Source of the DNA: an uncultured delta proteobacterium | GTDB lineage: Bacteria; Bdellovibrionota; FAC87; UBA2466 | Reading direction: 5' to 3' | NCBI GenBank assembly: GCA_963778115.1 | Contig: CAVZSV010000004.1 | Coordinates: 1,664,001 to 1,728,000, forward strand | Length of the DNA stretch: 64,000 nt | Part shown: in pieces, positions 38,238-49,633 of the stretch | How positions within the stretch are numbered: the first letter of the stretch is position 1 | Layout of the letters: each line of letters begins with the position of its first letter | The notes under the pieces: generated by a model | The model's input: the letters and a program-made list of their open reading frames with translations, nothing else | What the model was told of the DNA's origin: nothing | Database searches by the model: none | Program-made: the position numbers and the translations under genes

Positions 38238-38910
38238 GAGAATTATCGTTAGTTATCTTTGTTGGTATTTTGCGATGGGAGTGATACCCGCATCCGCCGT
38301 TGGAACACCAGGCCCCTTTACCTATGACGCTCCCAACGATGCGGCCGAACTATCTCCTAATGACACTACTTCCACGACCCCTCATACGGGACCTGCCTAT
38401 CTGGACAATGCTCACGAATTTGCGCAAGATCTAAACGGTGACAACGCGTTGTCTCAGGAAAGAACTTCCGCTCACCTTTCCACCAAAGGAGATGCAACAC
38501 CTCCCATGCGCGGCAGTGAATACATTTCGGGATATTATAAAGGGGCAGTTCTGATGCCCGTAAATATTTGGGGAGCGGTTCAAAAGCCGGGATTGCATCA
38601 GGTTCCTACCGGCACCGATCTTATGCAACTTATCACTCTAGCTGGCGGACCTAATGCGGATGCCGAACTCGATCATTTAATTATAAAACGCACCACTAAA
38701 GACGGCGAAAAGGTTATCAAGCTAGCGTTAAACGATTTTATTGATTCTACGCATGAAACTCCGCTGGAGCTTGAGCCTAACGACACGGTAATTCTACCGG
38801 CCACAAAGCCAATGATTAGCACGAATACGTTAACGCTAATTACCGTCATTGCCACGGTGGTTGGGATTGTTGCCTCAAGCGTGATTATCGCCGGCCAACT
38901 AAGAAAGTAA
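38224..38910 (+). CDS. SLBB-domain polysaccharide export protein (Wza-like)
   Basis: VNIWGAVQKPG, LITLAGG, LEPNDTVILP, C-terminal hydrophobic helix. Confidence 0.8.
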   Translation: MGMLKRIIVSYLCWYFAMGVIPASAVGTPGPFTYDAPNDAAELSPNDTTSTTPHTGPAYLDNAHEFAQDLNGDNALSQERTSAHLSTKGDATPPMRGSEYISGYYKGAVLMPVNIWGAVQKPGLHQVPTGTDLMQLITLAGGPNADAELDHLIIKRTTKDGEKVIKLALNDFIDSTHETPLELEPNDTVILPATKPMISTNTLTLITVIATVVGIVASSVIIAGQLRK

Positions 38911-38939
38911 GGAACCCTTTTGAAGATGCCGAGGTAAGT

Positions 38940-39806
38940 ATGCACTGGGCTTTAAAAGCAGCTACTCAAAAAACTCTCTCCCATGTCCCTGGCGGCGGCG
39001 CACTCTACACTTCGTTACAACGAGCGATGGGCTCGCTGCCCCCTTCAGACGAGTCTTTTCTTGGGTCCGTACGGATGGCGGAAAAACACGCGGCCACTAT
39101 TGAGGAGTTCGGACCGAAAGCGCTCGAAGAGTGTAGAACGTACGAATTCGGTGCCGGAGCTACGCTTGTTACCGCAATGACTCTTTATGCAATGGGATTA
39201 GATAATCAGGTGCTGACGGACGTCTTTCCGCTTGCACGCCCGTGGTTACTTAAACATACCGTGGATCAGTTTGAACGACTCCTCCCTTCTCAGTTTCGTC
39301 GTCTGCCCCGACTACCCTTATCTGACATGGGGATAAATTATATAGCACCTCACGCGCCAATCTATGGCCACGCTAGACAATTTGACGTCGTCACGACCAA
39401 GAGCGTTTTAGAACACCTTCCCGCTAATGAGATTCTTCCACTTTTAGATCAATTGCGTAGGCGTCTATCTCCAGGCGGAATTATGGTCCACCATATTGAC
39501 TATAGCGATCACTTCGGCCTGAGCTATCCCCGAATCTCTATCTACAATTTTTTGAGATATTCAGAACAACAATGGTCTTGGTTCAATTCAGATTTTCACT
39601 ACCAGAATCGGATGCGCCACCCTGACTACGTAATACTATTTGAAAAAGCCAGGCTCGAAATTATTCGAGTCGACATTGACTACGGCACCCCGGAGGATCT
39701 CGCTTATTTGGATTCGATGCCCGTTGATTCGAGATTTAGCAAGTACTCGAAAGAGGAGCTCTCGATCGCCCACGGCTATTTTGTGGTTCGCTCCAAAGAC
39801 AACTGA
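38940..39806 (+). CDS. Class I SAM-dependent methyltransferase
   Basis: YEFGAG, SVLEH, LSPGG.MVH.ID..DH, NRMR. Confidence 0.85.
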   Translation: MHWALKAATQKTLSHVPGGGALYTSLQRAMGSLPPSDESFLGSVRMAEKHAATIEEFGPKALEECRTYEFGAGATLVTAMTLYAMGLDNQVLTDVFPLARPWLLKHTVDQFERLLPSQFRRLPRLPLSDMGINYIAPHAPIYGHARQFDVVTTKSVLEHLPANEILPLLDQLRRRLSPGGIMVHHIDYSDHFGLSYPRISIYNFLRYSEQQWSWFNSDFHYQNRMRHPDYVILFEKARLEIIRVDIDYGTPEDLAYLDSMPVDSRFSKYSKEELSIAHGYFVVRSKDN

Positions 39807-39808
39807 AA

Positions 39809-41038
39809 CTACGAACGCGCGGTGGCTGGCTGAATGAAATACCCATCCGCACTAAATAAAGATCGACTGGCCAAGATAAGCGTAATAACTCCAGGTGAAG
39901 ATAAAGCTATCAAATAAGCTGCGTGGTCTCCCTTGATACCAAAATGAATTGCCCCTGCTAGCACGATAACCGAGAAAAAAGTAATTACTAGCGACTCAAG
40001 GCGATATTTTTCGAGCATAAATTGGGAGAGAATCCCTTGCGGAATACTTCCTAAATTAGTAAATGCAAGAGCCGCGTAAAACAGAGCGAGATGAGAGTCC
40101 TTTTTCCACAGCACAACCGAAAATGCCCCAAAACTAAATAGAAACGTCCACAGAAGGAAACCCACCAAGAAATGAAAGATTCTGCCCCCCTTTACCATTC
40201 GCCCCTCGGCCAATAGATAGAGTCTGGTCACCAGTAGACTTTGGACACCACACAGTATCTGAACGTCAGCATAGGCTACCCCAATGCGCAAATCGGCTCG
40301 GGAAAGGAACACAACGTATTGGCCAAAAAGAAAATTAAGGAAGTAAATGGAAAAGGCATTCAAATGCATACCCAGGCAACTGTGCATCACTTTCTTAAGT
40401 GCCGTGACCGCCATCTTCCCCGGCCTTTTACCTTTTCCCAACAGGAAGAGTCCAACGATAGAAAATGCCTCTATTGGAAGACGCAGTTTCAGAAGGTCTG
40501 CGGAACCAAATAGGATCAATAGGCAGGGTGCCACGATGGCTATAAAGGTGAGTACTGACCAGATTGCCGCCGAATAAAGTTTGCTCTGAGCAATACGTAG
40601 GGTCATCAACAGAGTGAGCATGGCGTAAAGGGCAGAAAAAGCGGGAAAGAATTCCAATCGGGTAAAGGAAAGGGCAAGCGAGATGCCTAGAGCCACCCAA
40701 GGGAGATGCCATAAAAGTGTTTTTTCTACTTCCTCCACTAAACGATGTCTTCCCAGGTAATGCTGGTTACGAAGTCCGGCACGCAATCCCGATTGAACAA
40801 AAAAAGCTAAGAAAATGCAGGTGGTCTGAAACTGAATAAGATTGGGAATGCTTTTGGGAATAAATAACCTTCCCAAAAGAGAACTAAACGAAAACGATAC
40901 TGCGCTTAAAAAGGTGAGCCCAACTAGAAAAAGATTGAGCACGTTCTTCTTGGAGACGGGCCAAAAAGCCCTAAAGGAGCGAACCTTTTCCGTTGTCATA
41001 ATCCGCTTAACTCTTCTAATTGAGCAATCAAGAATCAA
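39809..41038 (-). CDS. Polytopic membrane protein, possible flippase
   Basis: About 11-12 hydrophobic segments inside the polysaccharide locus. Confidence 0.55.
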   Translation of the reverse strand: MILDCSIRRVKRIMTTEKVRSFRAFWPVSKKNVLNLFLVGLTFLSAVSFSFSSLLGRLFIPKSIPNLIQFQTTCIFLAFFVQSGLRAGLRNQHYLGRHRLVEEVEKTLLWHLPWVALGISLALSFTRLEFFPAFSALYAMLTLLMTLRIAQSKLYSAAIWSVLTFIAIVAPCLLILFGSADLLKLRLPIEAFSIVGLFLLGKGKRPGKMAVTALKKVMHSCLGMHLNAFSIYFLNFLFGQYVVFLSRADLRIGVAYADVQILCGVQSLLVTRLYLLAEGRMVKGGRIFHFLVGFLLWTFLFSFGAFSVVLWKKDSHLALFYAALAFTNLGSIPQGILSQFMLEKYRLESLVITFFSVIVLAGAIHFGIKGDHAAYLIALSSPGVITLILASRSLFSADGYFIQPATARS

Positions 41039-41109
41039 TGATATCTGGTGGCAAGGAGATGAACAGCCTAGAAGTTAGGCCTTCTCATAGCGCGTTGCAT
41101 CAGAGTTAC

Positions 41110-42186
41110 TTACTCACTTAGATCAGAAAGGTACAAAGCTTCACCTGCGGATTTTTTCACTGCCAACTTCTTACCAACTACAGCAGAGAGTTGATAAGGT
41201 CGTGCGGAACCTTTGGGCGCTGGTCTAAGCGCTTCTAAATCCTTTTGAGAAAGAACCGTTCCTGCCGCCAGCTCTTTCGATAACCGAAGGCACCGCTGTT
41301 GCACGACCACGGTAGTCGTCTCATTGGACTCGACTCGCTTGACGCCATCGCCCAAGGCAAATTCAAGCTCCCTCGTGCGATCGACCATCTCGCGCCAGGT
41401 TTTTGGATTGAGGGCAAAGGGATGGTCGGGACCCTCTCTAAAGTTATCATCGGTAAAATGCTTCTCAATGACTCGAGCCCCAAGAGTCACAGCACCCAAT
41501 ACGGCCGCATGAAACGGGGTGTGATCTGAAAGTCCCAAAATCATATTGGGATACTTAACCGCAAAGCTCTTTAACACGTTCAAATTAACGCACTTAAAAT
41601 TCTCAGTACTTCCCGAATAGTTGGTATTGCACTGCAACAACATCACCTGCGGATTGTGCCGGAGAGCAGCTTCGACAGCTCGTTCCGCGTCTTCCATGTT
41701 CGCGGCACCCGTAGCCAATATCACCGGCTTATTTTTCTTAGCGACGAATTCGATAAAATCGGTCCAAGTCACGTCACCGGAGCCTATCTTATAAGCGGGT
41801 AAATATTGATCGAGCAACTCGACCGCCTCAAAATCGTAGGGGGTCGTCATGAAATCAATTCTCGCCTCTTTCGCTGTTTTGGAAAGCTCTTCGGTCCATC
41901 GCATATCGCATTCGCACTGGCGAAAGACCTCAAAGACTGACTTCTCCCATTTCGAAGTATGACTCACCTTGCCAAGATTTTTAAATCCGACGTCACTTAC
42001 GATCTTTTCAGCGCGGAAGTGCTGGAATTTTGCGGAATCGGCTCCCGCCTCTTTTGCAAGCCAGATGAGGTCTTTGGCGCGCTGCATACTTCCGTCGTGA
42101 TTGGCGCCGATGTCAGCGATAAAATAGGTCGGAGAATCGATAGAAATCTCTCTCCCACCGATCGAGATACTGGCTTGATACTTCAT
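41110..42186 (-). CDS. N-acetylneuraminate-synthase family (NeuB/PseI/LegI-like) with SAF domain
   Basis: IADIGANHDG, AKFQ, YKIGSGD, GLSDHT, IEKHFT, GPDH; start placed at ATG 42186. Confidence 0.95.
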   Translation of the reverse strand: MKYQASISIGGREISIDSPTYFIADIGANHDGSMQRAKDLIWLAKEAGADSAKFQHFRAEKIVSDVGFKNLGKVSHTSKWEKSVFEVFRQCECDMRWTEELSKTAKEARIDFMTTPYDFEAVELLDQYLPAYKIGSGDVTWTDFIEFVAKKNKPVILATGAANMEDAERAVEAALRHNPQVMLLQCNTNYSGSTENFKCVNLNVLKSFAVKYPNMILGLSDHTPFHAAVLGAVTLGARVIEKHFTDDNFREGPDHPFALNPKTWREMVDRTRELEFALGDGVKRVESNETTTVVVQQRCLRLSKELAAGTVLSQKDLEALRPAPKGSARPYQLSAVVGKKLAVKKSAGEALYLSDLSE

Positions 42187-42372
42187 CTGGTTTTTCCCCA
42201 TGTAAGAAAGGAGTTTTGATTCGAAGAAACATAACGATTCTCGATGCAGCAAGAGAAGATGGTCAAGGAATTTCTGCCTCCATCTACTGCGCATATCGCT
42301 AAGATTGAGGCATTGCCTCAAAGAATTTCCTTCTATATCATTTTTGCTTACGATTACGTTCGGGGGTGACTT

Positions 42373-43908
42373 TTGAGTCTGGTTGACTATGCAAAATTCA
42401 AATCGATTCATTCTTCTCTTTTGAAGTCATTCGAGAAACAAGAGAAAAACGAGTACTACCGCTATTCGACTCTTTGGTCGGGAATATTCTCGCACCGACG
42501 CCCGACAAGAGAGCTTTCCGATCTTTTAGTAGCTCTGAATGAAGCTTCAACAGCCACCGAAGGCGTCGCCGGAAAAGTTCCGGATAACAAAAAGAATCTT
42601 TTCGTCGATTATCATAAAACCTTCATGGACAGTAGCTGGTTAGAGGAATACCCGATGTCGTGGTTGGGGGCTCCGTCGGTCCTGGACTTCGACGATCACC
42701 CAGCCGCGGTTCAGTACCTAAATAACTTGAAACTTTTCATCGATTTTAAATCTTCTTTGGAAGCAGCAAAGGCAGTAAAGGGTAAACCTCTTCACGTGGT
42801 CGAAATCGGAGCCGGCTATGGAGGACTTGCCTACTTCATGCTCAAGTCCGGTCTGGTCGCGAGCTATACGATCATCGACTTACCCGAAAACCTGAAAATT
42901 AGCGCTTTCTATCTGAGCCAGAATTTTTCGGATCGGTCCTATAACGCTTCGTTAATTCCGGACGCTATTGCTGGCAGCGAAAGAAAGGATCTTAACTTTG
43001 TTGCCGCGGGAAATATTGGTGCGCTTTCAAAATGGAAATTCGATCTGGCAATTAATTCCGATAGTCTAGGAGAAATGCCGGCCAACACGGCTAGCGCGTA
43101 TGTGAAATGGATACACGAGCACTTAAATACCGAAGGCTATTTTTTCACAAAGAATGGACACAATAGAGGGATAGACTCCGTTCAATTTCCGCACGAGTAT
43201 GGCTACAGTGCTTATAAGTTGGTAAGCCTAAAGCCCCCAGGTCATATCTCGTATCTCTTTGATGATTTCTCTCATTATGCCCTCCTTCAAAAGACGGAAA
43301 CCGTCTCCAAACCCGTCTATCCCGAATATTATTTTGATGTCATCGGATCGCTCTATGCCACGGGACTACAGGATGAACTCACTGCTATTTCCGACTCCTT
43401 TGTAAACAATCAGCTCACCTCCGAGGAGGAGCGCTTTTTGAAGACTTGTGACCGGTTCTTCACCGCAAAAGCTCCCAAAGAGAAATCACGCATTCTCGAA
43501 GACCAACCTTTCACCGGAGATTATGAGGCCTGTGTTTGGTATCTCAATGGGCTCTCGAAATTTCTGGCGGGTGATTTGAAAGGCTCGATCGAGCTTTTGT
43601 CAAAGTACTTACCGATTGCCCTCTCCTATGTCGGTGAAGCTTACGCTATAATGATCATGGCGCAAAGAGATGCATCGGTCTTAAATCAAGAGTTTCGTTT
43701 TGGAGCAAAAACTCGCTTTGCTATTGATGAGATCGTTGATTATCACCAAATGAAGCCTCCGTTTAAGAAATTGGCGCTCTTACTCCGTACCGAGCCACTG
43801 CGAAAGAAAATCAATTATCCGTCAAACTATCGACCTTCTACGCTTCTAAAAGCGAAGAACGTTATTTTTAACCTTCGAGAAGGGCGTGGTCTAACCACCA
43901 TCAGATAG
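42373..43908 (+). CDS. Putative sugar O-methyltransferase (TIGR04371-like) with C-terminal extension
   Basis: VEIGAGYGGLA, YTIIDLPE, FDLAINSDSLGEM. Confidence 0.8.
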   Translation: MSLVDYAKFKSIHSSLLKSFEKQEKNEYYRYSTLWSGIFSHRRPTRELSDLLVALNEASTATEGVAGKVPDNKKNLFVDYHKTFMDSSWLEEYPMSWLGAPSVLDFDDHPAAVQYLNNLKLFIDFKSSLEAAKAVKGKPLHVVEIGAGYGGLAYFMLKSGLVASYTIIDLPENLKISAFYLSQNFSDRSYNASLIPDAIAGSERKDLNFVAAGNIGALSKWKFDLAINSDSLGEMPANTASAYVKWIHEHLNTEGYFFTKNGHNRGIDSVQFPHEYGYSAYKLVSLKPPGHISYLFDDFSHYALLQKTETVSKPVYPEYYFDVIGSLYATGLQDELTAISDSFVNNQLTSEEERFLKTCDRFFTAKAPKEKSRILEDQPFTGDYEACVWYLNGLSKFLAGDLKGSIELLSKYLPIALSYVGEAYAIMIMAQRDASVLNQEFRFGAKTRFAIDEIVDYHQMKPPFKKLALLLRTEPLRKKINYPSNYRPSTLLKAKNVIFNLREGRGLTTIR

Positions 43909-43934
43909 AGTTAACGCGCAGAAAGGCTTTTTTC

Positions 43935-45230
43935 ATGAGAGTGTGGATTGTCACTGTAGGAGAGCCGATACCAGAGGTTGAAACAAAGGACCGTTTGCAC
44001 CGATCGGGAATCCTGGCGAATTATCTTCTGGAGCAAGGCCACGAGGTTGACTGGTGGGGCTCCACGTTCGATCACTTCAAAAAGACTCACGCTTATTCCC
44101 AGGATACTCTCCTACATCCTCGAGAGAACTTCCGCATTAAGCTATTCCACGGCCGAGGATATAAGCGCAACGTATCTATTAGCAGAATGGTCGATCACTG
44201 GCAGCTCGGAAAGAAATTTACCGCTGCTATAGAACTTGAATCTAATAAACCGGATATTATCTTAAGTTCATTTCCTACCGTAGAACTTTGCGCCGCGGCG
44301 GTTCGATATGGGAAAAAATATTCCATTCCCGTTGTTCTCGATATTCGCGACCTGTGGCCCGACATTTTTGTAGACGCTGTCCCCCGAATTGCTCGCCCTT
44401 TCGCAAGGCTCTTACTCTTGCCTTTGTTTAAGCAAACTAAGCGTGCTTTCGAAAAGGCGGATGGCCTAGTGGGAATATCACCCGGATATCTCAAATGGGC
44501 ACTGGGTTATGCAAAGCACGGGGAAAGAAGATCGGATACCGTTCTTCCCCTGGGCTACAGGTCTACTTCTCCTATCGAAGTAGACGATACTTCAAAAGAG
44601 AGCCTTAGAAAGCTAGGCGTCCAATTTGAGAGCAAAATTTGTTGGTTCATCGGAACCTTCGGACGGACGTACGATTTAGTTCCCGTCATCGAAGCAGCTC
44701 GTCGTCTGCAACAGGAAGGACGAACCGGAGTTCAGTTTGTTCTAAGCGGAAGTGGTGAGAACCATAAAAGCTACGAAGAGCTGGCCAAAGGACTTGATAA
44801 TCTTGTCTTTACAGGTTGGATTAACTCCGCCCAGATACAGTCGATGATGAAAGTGACCAAGATTGGATTCGCGGCTTACCGTGCTGGAGCTCCTCAGGGA
44901 TTACCTAACAAGTTTTTCGAATATTTGTCTGCGGGCATCCCGATCTTGTCATCGCTTCAAGGTGAGGCCAGTCAATTGCTTAGCGAACATCGATGTGGAG
45001 TCACTTACGATGCCTCAAATGCCAATGATTTTGTAGAGAAGCTTTCAACGTTAATAGATGATCCGATTACCCTGAATGAAATGGGTAGTCGAGGAAAGAC
45101 ACTTTTTGATCAAACCTTTTCGGCAGATATTATATATCCGGAGTTGGTCCGCTACTTACAACGGAACTCCAAGAGAACTTCTGAGACGATATTTCCCCCG
45201 GGAGTTTTGACTCCCGAGCCGGCTCTTTAA
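43935..45230 (+). CDS. Glycosyltransferase family 4
   Basis: [21 protein letters not shown]. Confidence 0.92.
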   Translation: MRVWIVTVGEPIPEVETKDRLHRSGILANYLLEQGHEVDWWGSTFDHFKKTHAYSQDTLLHPRENFRIKLFHGRGYKRNVSISRMVDHWQLGKKFTAAIELESNKPDIILSSFPTVELCAAAVRYGKKYSIPVVLDIRDLWPDIFVDAVPRIARPFARLLLLPLFKQTKRAFEKADGLVGISPGYLKWALGYAKHGERRSDTVLPLGYRSTSPIEVDDTSKESLRKLGVQFESKICWFIGTFGRTYDLVPVIEAARRLQQEGRTGVQFVLSGSGENHKSYEELAKGLDNLVFTGWINSAQIQSMMKVTKIGFAAYRAGAPQGLPNKFFEYLSAGIPILSSLQGEASQLLSEHRCGVTYDASNANDFVEKLSTLIDDPITLNEMGSRGKTLFDQTFSADIIYPELVRYLQRNSKRTSETIFPPGVLTPEPAL

Positions 45231-45943
45231 TTCGCATTCTCCACGGATGCGTTTTCCACCGATTGAAAATCTCCGTGTTTATCGATAAGGAACTGATGAT
45301 ACTGGTCCATATCCTTGACGTTTAGTGTCATGTTATCGTCATGCCTACGATAGCGATAAAGAGGAAGTTCCAACCGATGAATCTTATATTTCTTTAAGAA
45401 GCGAATCCGCAAATCTTTATCCTCATGAAGCAGAAATTGGGAGTCATAGAGACCTATCGCCAGAAGGTGTTCGATTCGGAACATAATGCCGCATCCGATA
45501 GGGGACTCCAGGCAGTTTCTTCTTCCCACGACATTCTCTTTTTCATCGACAAGGAGATAGTCACAAGCCACCGCATCCATATAGGGGTTGTGCCTTAAGA
45601 ACAGTTCCAAAATGTTTAAATATTCCGTATTAACGTAATCATCCGCGTCAAGACGAATAATAAACTTGCCGCGCGCCGCGTGAATTGCCTTATTAAGAGA
45701 GGCGGGCAGCCCTTCCCGAATTTCACTATTAATGACTCGAACGGCATCTCCAAACACTTCCAATGCATACCGAGTTCGATCAGTACTGCCATCATTGACG
45801 ACGATAATTTCGTACTTATTCCAACTCATCGTCTGATTCAACAATGACCTGATGCAGCGACCTATGTATTTCTCTTCGTTGTGAGCGGCCACAAGTATGC
45901 TAACGATAGGAACATGCGGCATCAGAAATCCCCCCGAATTCAT
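45227..45943 (-). CDS. Glycosyltransferase family 2
   Basis: [22 protein letters not shown]. Confidence 0.93.
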   Translation of the reverse strand: MNSGGFLMPHVPIVSILVAAHNEEKYIGRCIRSLLNQTMSWNKYEIIVVNDGSTDRTRYALEVFGDAVRVINSEIREGLPASLNKAIHAARGKFIIRLDADDYVNTEYLNILELFLRHNPYMDAVACDYLLVDEKENVVGRRNCLESPIGCGIMFRIEHLLAIGLYDSQFLLHEDKDLRIRFLKKYKIHRLELPLYRYRRHDDNMTLNVKDMDQYHQFLIDKHGDFQSVENASVENAN

Positions 45944-46123
45944 GACCCAATTTAAAAATTTTGAGGGTCGGTATGGTCGGTGTCAACTTGTTCTAATTCG
46001 TTGCCAGACAATTTACTGTTACGATAAAGTGGCAAAGGATTCATCTTGCGCTTCCATACGCCGTAGGACTACCTATCAGAACTACCAGGAGGAAAAGTCA
46101 TTCTGGATAAGAATATTAAACCA

Positions 46124-47446
46124 TTGACGGGGTTCCCCTTTTTCTTTGAGCTCGTTCGCCAAACCGTACAACTCGATATTGCAGACGTTAACTATCTCTG
46201 GGGAACCGACCCGAAGCGTTGGGAAAAATTTTTCTCTCCTACTTTGTCGAAAAAAGGGATTTTTTGGAATCTGACCATTCACATGGCCAAGATTCTTCGA
46301 TCGATTAAGAACCGTCTCTTGATCCGACGCGCGAAAAAGGTTCATTACGACGTATTGTTCTTCGCCAATTCCATCAACCAGTGGCGAGCGATGAGTCCGG
46401 TAAAGGACAAGATGGAGAATGGGGTATTTTGGATCGACGGCCCCTTTGAGGGTGAGCTTTGTTTCCCCGCGGTACTTGCCCGTTTGATTGGATTGCTTTT
46501 TTTGCCGTTAGTTTTTCGCGAAGCATATAAGCGTGAACCCTCTATCCAAAAACGGTCTGTGGCTATCTCGTTAAGTCACTATCTCGACGCCTACGGATAT
46601 TTTTTTGTCGGAGCATTATGGTTAAAATGGCTCTCGCCAAAGGCCTTAGTTCTATCGAACGATGATAGTTCCCAAGAGCGAGCGCTAGCTAGATCTGCCG
46701 TTTTCGCTGCGGTGCCCTCGGTTTTTATTCCCCACTCTTTGATTACTCCCGGAGCCCCTCCTCCGTTGGATTTCGATTATGCCCTTCTTGATGGTGTTGA
46801 GACCAAGCAGAAACTAACCGTGCGCAATCCCTCCTGCGAAGTTCATCTTATTGGTATCCCCCGTCGAGTAACCAACTCCGCCTCAGTTCAAATGAAATTT
46901 TCTTCGTCAAAGAATGCAGACCTAGGAATTGCTACGAATGGGATCGAAGAACTCGACGTAATCGAAGCCATTATCGCCGAAGCTCGCACAAAGGTTCCTC
47001 AAGTAACGATTACCCTGCGCCCTCATCCCGCGGATTGGAAGCGAAGACCAGCATTTCGAGCCTTAGCATCCCGATGGAAACTTCAATACTCCGATCCCGA
47101 AAAGCAGACGCCTTGGGATTTTCTCTCACCTTTGGATGTACTCCTGGGTGGAAACTCCTCGATTCTCTTGGAAGGGGCCTTTTTGGGAGTAGTCCCCGTT
47201 CAACACGAATTCTTAGCAAAGGGATTAGATCACTACGGATTAGTAAAAATGGGCCTCGTAAAACAAATTAAGTCTATCGATGAGCTTTCGCTAATTCGAG
47301 AAAATATCTTTGAAATAAGGAAAGCACAGTTAAAGCAAATGCAATTGTTCGATATAACTTTTGGAACTCTCCAAGATGGACAATCGGGAGAACTAGCGGC
47401 GACTATCATAAATAAAAGGATTGTCGAACCCCAGTTGGTTTGTTAA
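46124..47446 (+). CDS. Putative GT-B glycosyltransferase, candidate nonulosonate transferase
   Basis: LRPHP and NSSILLEG motifs; adjacent to a CMP-sugar synthetase; start uncertain. Confidence 0.5.
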   Translation: MTGFPFFFELVRQTVQLDIADVNYLWGTDPKRWEKFFSPTLSKKGIFWNLTIHMAKILRSIKNRLLIRRAKKVHYDVLFFANSINQWRAMSPVKDKMENGVFWIDGPFEGELCFPAVLARLIGLLFLPLVFREAYKREPSIQKRSVAISLSHYLDAYGYFFVGALWLKWLSPKALVLSNDDSSQERALARSAVFAAVPSVFIPHSLITPGAPPPLDFDYALLDGVETKQKLTVRNPSCEVHLIGIPRRVTNSASVQMKFSSSKNADLGIATNGIEELDVIEAIIAEARTKVPQVTITLRPHPADWKRRPAFRALASRWKLQYSDPEKQTPWDFLSPLDVLLGGNSSILLEGAFLGVVPVQHEFLAKGLDHYGLVKMGLVKQIKSIDELSLIRENIFEIRKAQLKQMQLFDITFGTLQDGQSGELAATIINKRIVEPQLVC

Positions 47447-47470
47447 TCGAACCGAACTTACAAGGGAAAT

Positions 47471-48169
47471 ATGATCGCGATTATCCCTGCCCGGGCAGGA
47501 TCTAAAGGCCTTCCCGGCAAGAACGTACGGCCTCTCCACGGCAAGCCGCTAATCGCCTATACTATCGAGGCAGCGAAAGGCGCTCAATCGATAGATCGCG
47601 TTATATTATCCACAGAATCCAGAGAAATCGCTGACATCGGTGTTCAATACGGAGCTGAAGTGCCTTTTCTGAGACCGATCGAACTCGCTCAGGATCACTC
47701 CGCCGCGATCGATACCTATATCCATGTGATAGACCGTCTTAATGATGGGCAGCCCCACGATCGAAAAATCGATGAATTGACCGTGCTTCAACCGACCAGC
47801 CCTTTGAGGACATCGCAAGACATAGACGAAGCCGTGAAGATATTTCAGCAGAAGCAAGCTGATTCCATCCTCGCCTGCGCTCCGGCCCCCCATCCCATTC
47901 AGTGGTTCAAGTACATTGATGAGAAGGGAGTACTCAGAGGATTTTTTCCTGAGTCCCTTAAAAATAGACAAGACCATCAAGTCTGTTATCTCCCTAACGG
48001 AGCCATATATGTCTTTAAGTATTTCTTACTCAAAGAGCTACGAAATTACTCTACCGACAAGACGTTTCCGTACGTTATGCCGGCCCGCCGCTCAATAGAT
48101 ATCGATACCTTGGAAGATTTCGAACTTGCTGAGTTCTTCCTTAGCAAGAACGTGCAAGGCGCCAGTTAG
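47471..48169 (+). CDS. Acylneuraminate cytidylyltransferase (NeuA-like)
   Basis: IIPARAGSKGLPGKN, LQPTSPLR, NGAIY, SIDIDT..DF. Confidence 0.95.
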   Translation: MIAIIPARAGSKGLPGKNVRPLHGKPLIAYTIEAAKGAQSIDRVILSTESREIADIGVQYGAEVPFLRPIELAQDHSAAIDTYIHVIDRLNDGQPHDRKIDELTVLQPTSPLRTSQDIDEAVKIFQQKQADSILACAPAPHPIQWFKYIDEKGVLRGFFPESLKNRQDHQVCYLPNGAIYVFKYFLLKELRNYSTDKTFPYVMPARRSIDIDTLEDFELAEFFLSKNVQGAS

Positions 48170-49514
48170 CCTGTTTCAAGGATTTCCCTCGTTTACCCAA
48201 CGATCGAAGCCTAAGGTATAACCAAAGGAATAATCCAAATTCCACCGCTCCATCGTCCACCACTAAAAGAAAATCAATCGGGGACGCAAACAAAGTCAGA
48301 CAAAACCACATGATAAGACAAAGGCCAAAAATATTCGGAACTCTTACCATGTTGCGGACTAAAAGATTAATAACCTTCATCAACCCAACGCTATAGAACA
48401 TCAAGACAATAAGGTTCAAGGGGAATGGAAAACAAAGGAGAAAACTCGTTATTAGTCCAGGAGAGGTCCCTTCGCGTGCTCGCGGGAGCAGAGAGATTAA
48501 CTCATAATTCAACCGGCAAAGATTGGAGAGCTCTGGTCGTAAAACACTGAACGGTTGCCCTGCTAAGACATCCAAACGATATACAAACGCCCTAAAGGGC
48601 AACACCAAATTTTCAAAGGGCTGCAAATCGAATTGCAGCAAGTGATTATTCAAGCCCATCAGAAGAGAATAGTAGGAAGAACTGAAACGCTCCATCCACG
48701 ACAAAACGGCGACCTGAGTGTAATTCGGATCCGTTATCTGGGAAATTACCGCTTCAAAGGAGACATGACGTTTCACCGTCTCACCATAAATCCATGCTAC
48801 TCCGACCAAGGAGACCAACCCCAGAGGAATTAAAATTAAGCGCACTTTCTTTCGATAACTGAGATCCGATTTCGTAAAAAACTGTTTAAAGGTGCGTGGC
48901 GACACCGCGAAGAAACAATAGACGAGCGCAAACGCCGATCCCCATGTCCCATTAATAGTCAGCACAAAAGTCCCAGCTATTAGTAATCGAATCGCCAGAG
49001 GGTCCCATTCCTCTTGATGAGTCCCCCTGCGACGCAGAAATAACTGATAGAAAAAATCAAACCTGAGCAATGTGGGTAGTGTGGCGTAAGGAAAGATTAG
49101 CCAGCCTGCACCTGCAAAACCGGAATCTTCGGCATAGCGAAAACCATTCATTCCCAAGAAGTAACCGGCCATAGCGATGGAAAAACAGAGCATCGCAACG
49201 GGAAGTCGCCATTTTCGACGCTTGGAAAGAAATAACTCTGAATTTTCCATGGTCCTCTGAGGAGCGGACTTGGTCTTATCAAATAAGAGAAGGGAGAGGG
49301 CAAAAACTAGAACAAAGACAATCGCCCATCCGTGAAGAGGGTAGATCCTATAGCCTGAAAAATCTTGGAGATTAAAAAGGGTGTTATAAATCCACGGTAA
49401 TCCGTAGGTAAACCCTAAATAGATCCAGATAACGGCAAGCCCAGGTGAAACCATCGCTTCGAATTTTATTGGAATGGTTCTGCGTTTGCTAGGGAAATAG
49501 CAAATGTTGGGCAC
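48141..49514 (-). CDS. Polytopic membrane protein, candidate Wzy polymerase
   Basis: About 10 TMs with a large loop before the last TMs. Confidence 0.5.
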   Translation of the reverse strand: MPNICYFPSKRRTIPIKFEAMVSPGLAVIWIYLGFTYGLPWIYNTLFNLQDFSGYRIYPLHGWAIVFVLVFALSLLLFDKTKSAPQRTMENSELFLSKRRKWRLPVAMLCFSIAMAGYFLGMNGFRYAEDSGFAGAGWLIFPYATLPTLLRFDFFYQLFLRRRGTHQEEWDPLAIRLLIAGTFVLTINGTWGSAFALVYCFFAVSPRTFKQFFTKSDLSYRKKVRLILIPLGLVSLVGVAWIYGETVKRHVSFEAVISQITDPNYTQVAVLSWMERFSSSYYSLLMGLNNHLLQFDLQPFENLVLPFRAFVYRLDVLAGQPFSVLRPELSNLCRLNYELISLLPRAREGTSPGLITSFLLCFPFPLNLIVLMFYSVGLMKVINLLVRNMVRVPNIFGLCLIMWFCLTLFASPIDFLLVVDDGAVEFGLFLWLYLRLRSLGKRGKSLKQANWRLARSC

Positions 49515-49633
49515 CTAAAACGCACCGAGCTGTCGCATGGTGTTAAGTCTTACTTTCCATGAGAGTCGTCGAATGTAGATTTGAAAAAGAATAGAAAAAC
49601 CATTAACGTTTCACTCAAGGGAAAAGCAGCATT

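Noticed and set aside
41110..42411. 433-aa extended NeuB start at 42411
   Set aside because: The extension overlaps the divergent gene start and has no family resemblance; ATG 42186 fits the family N-terminus.
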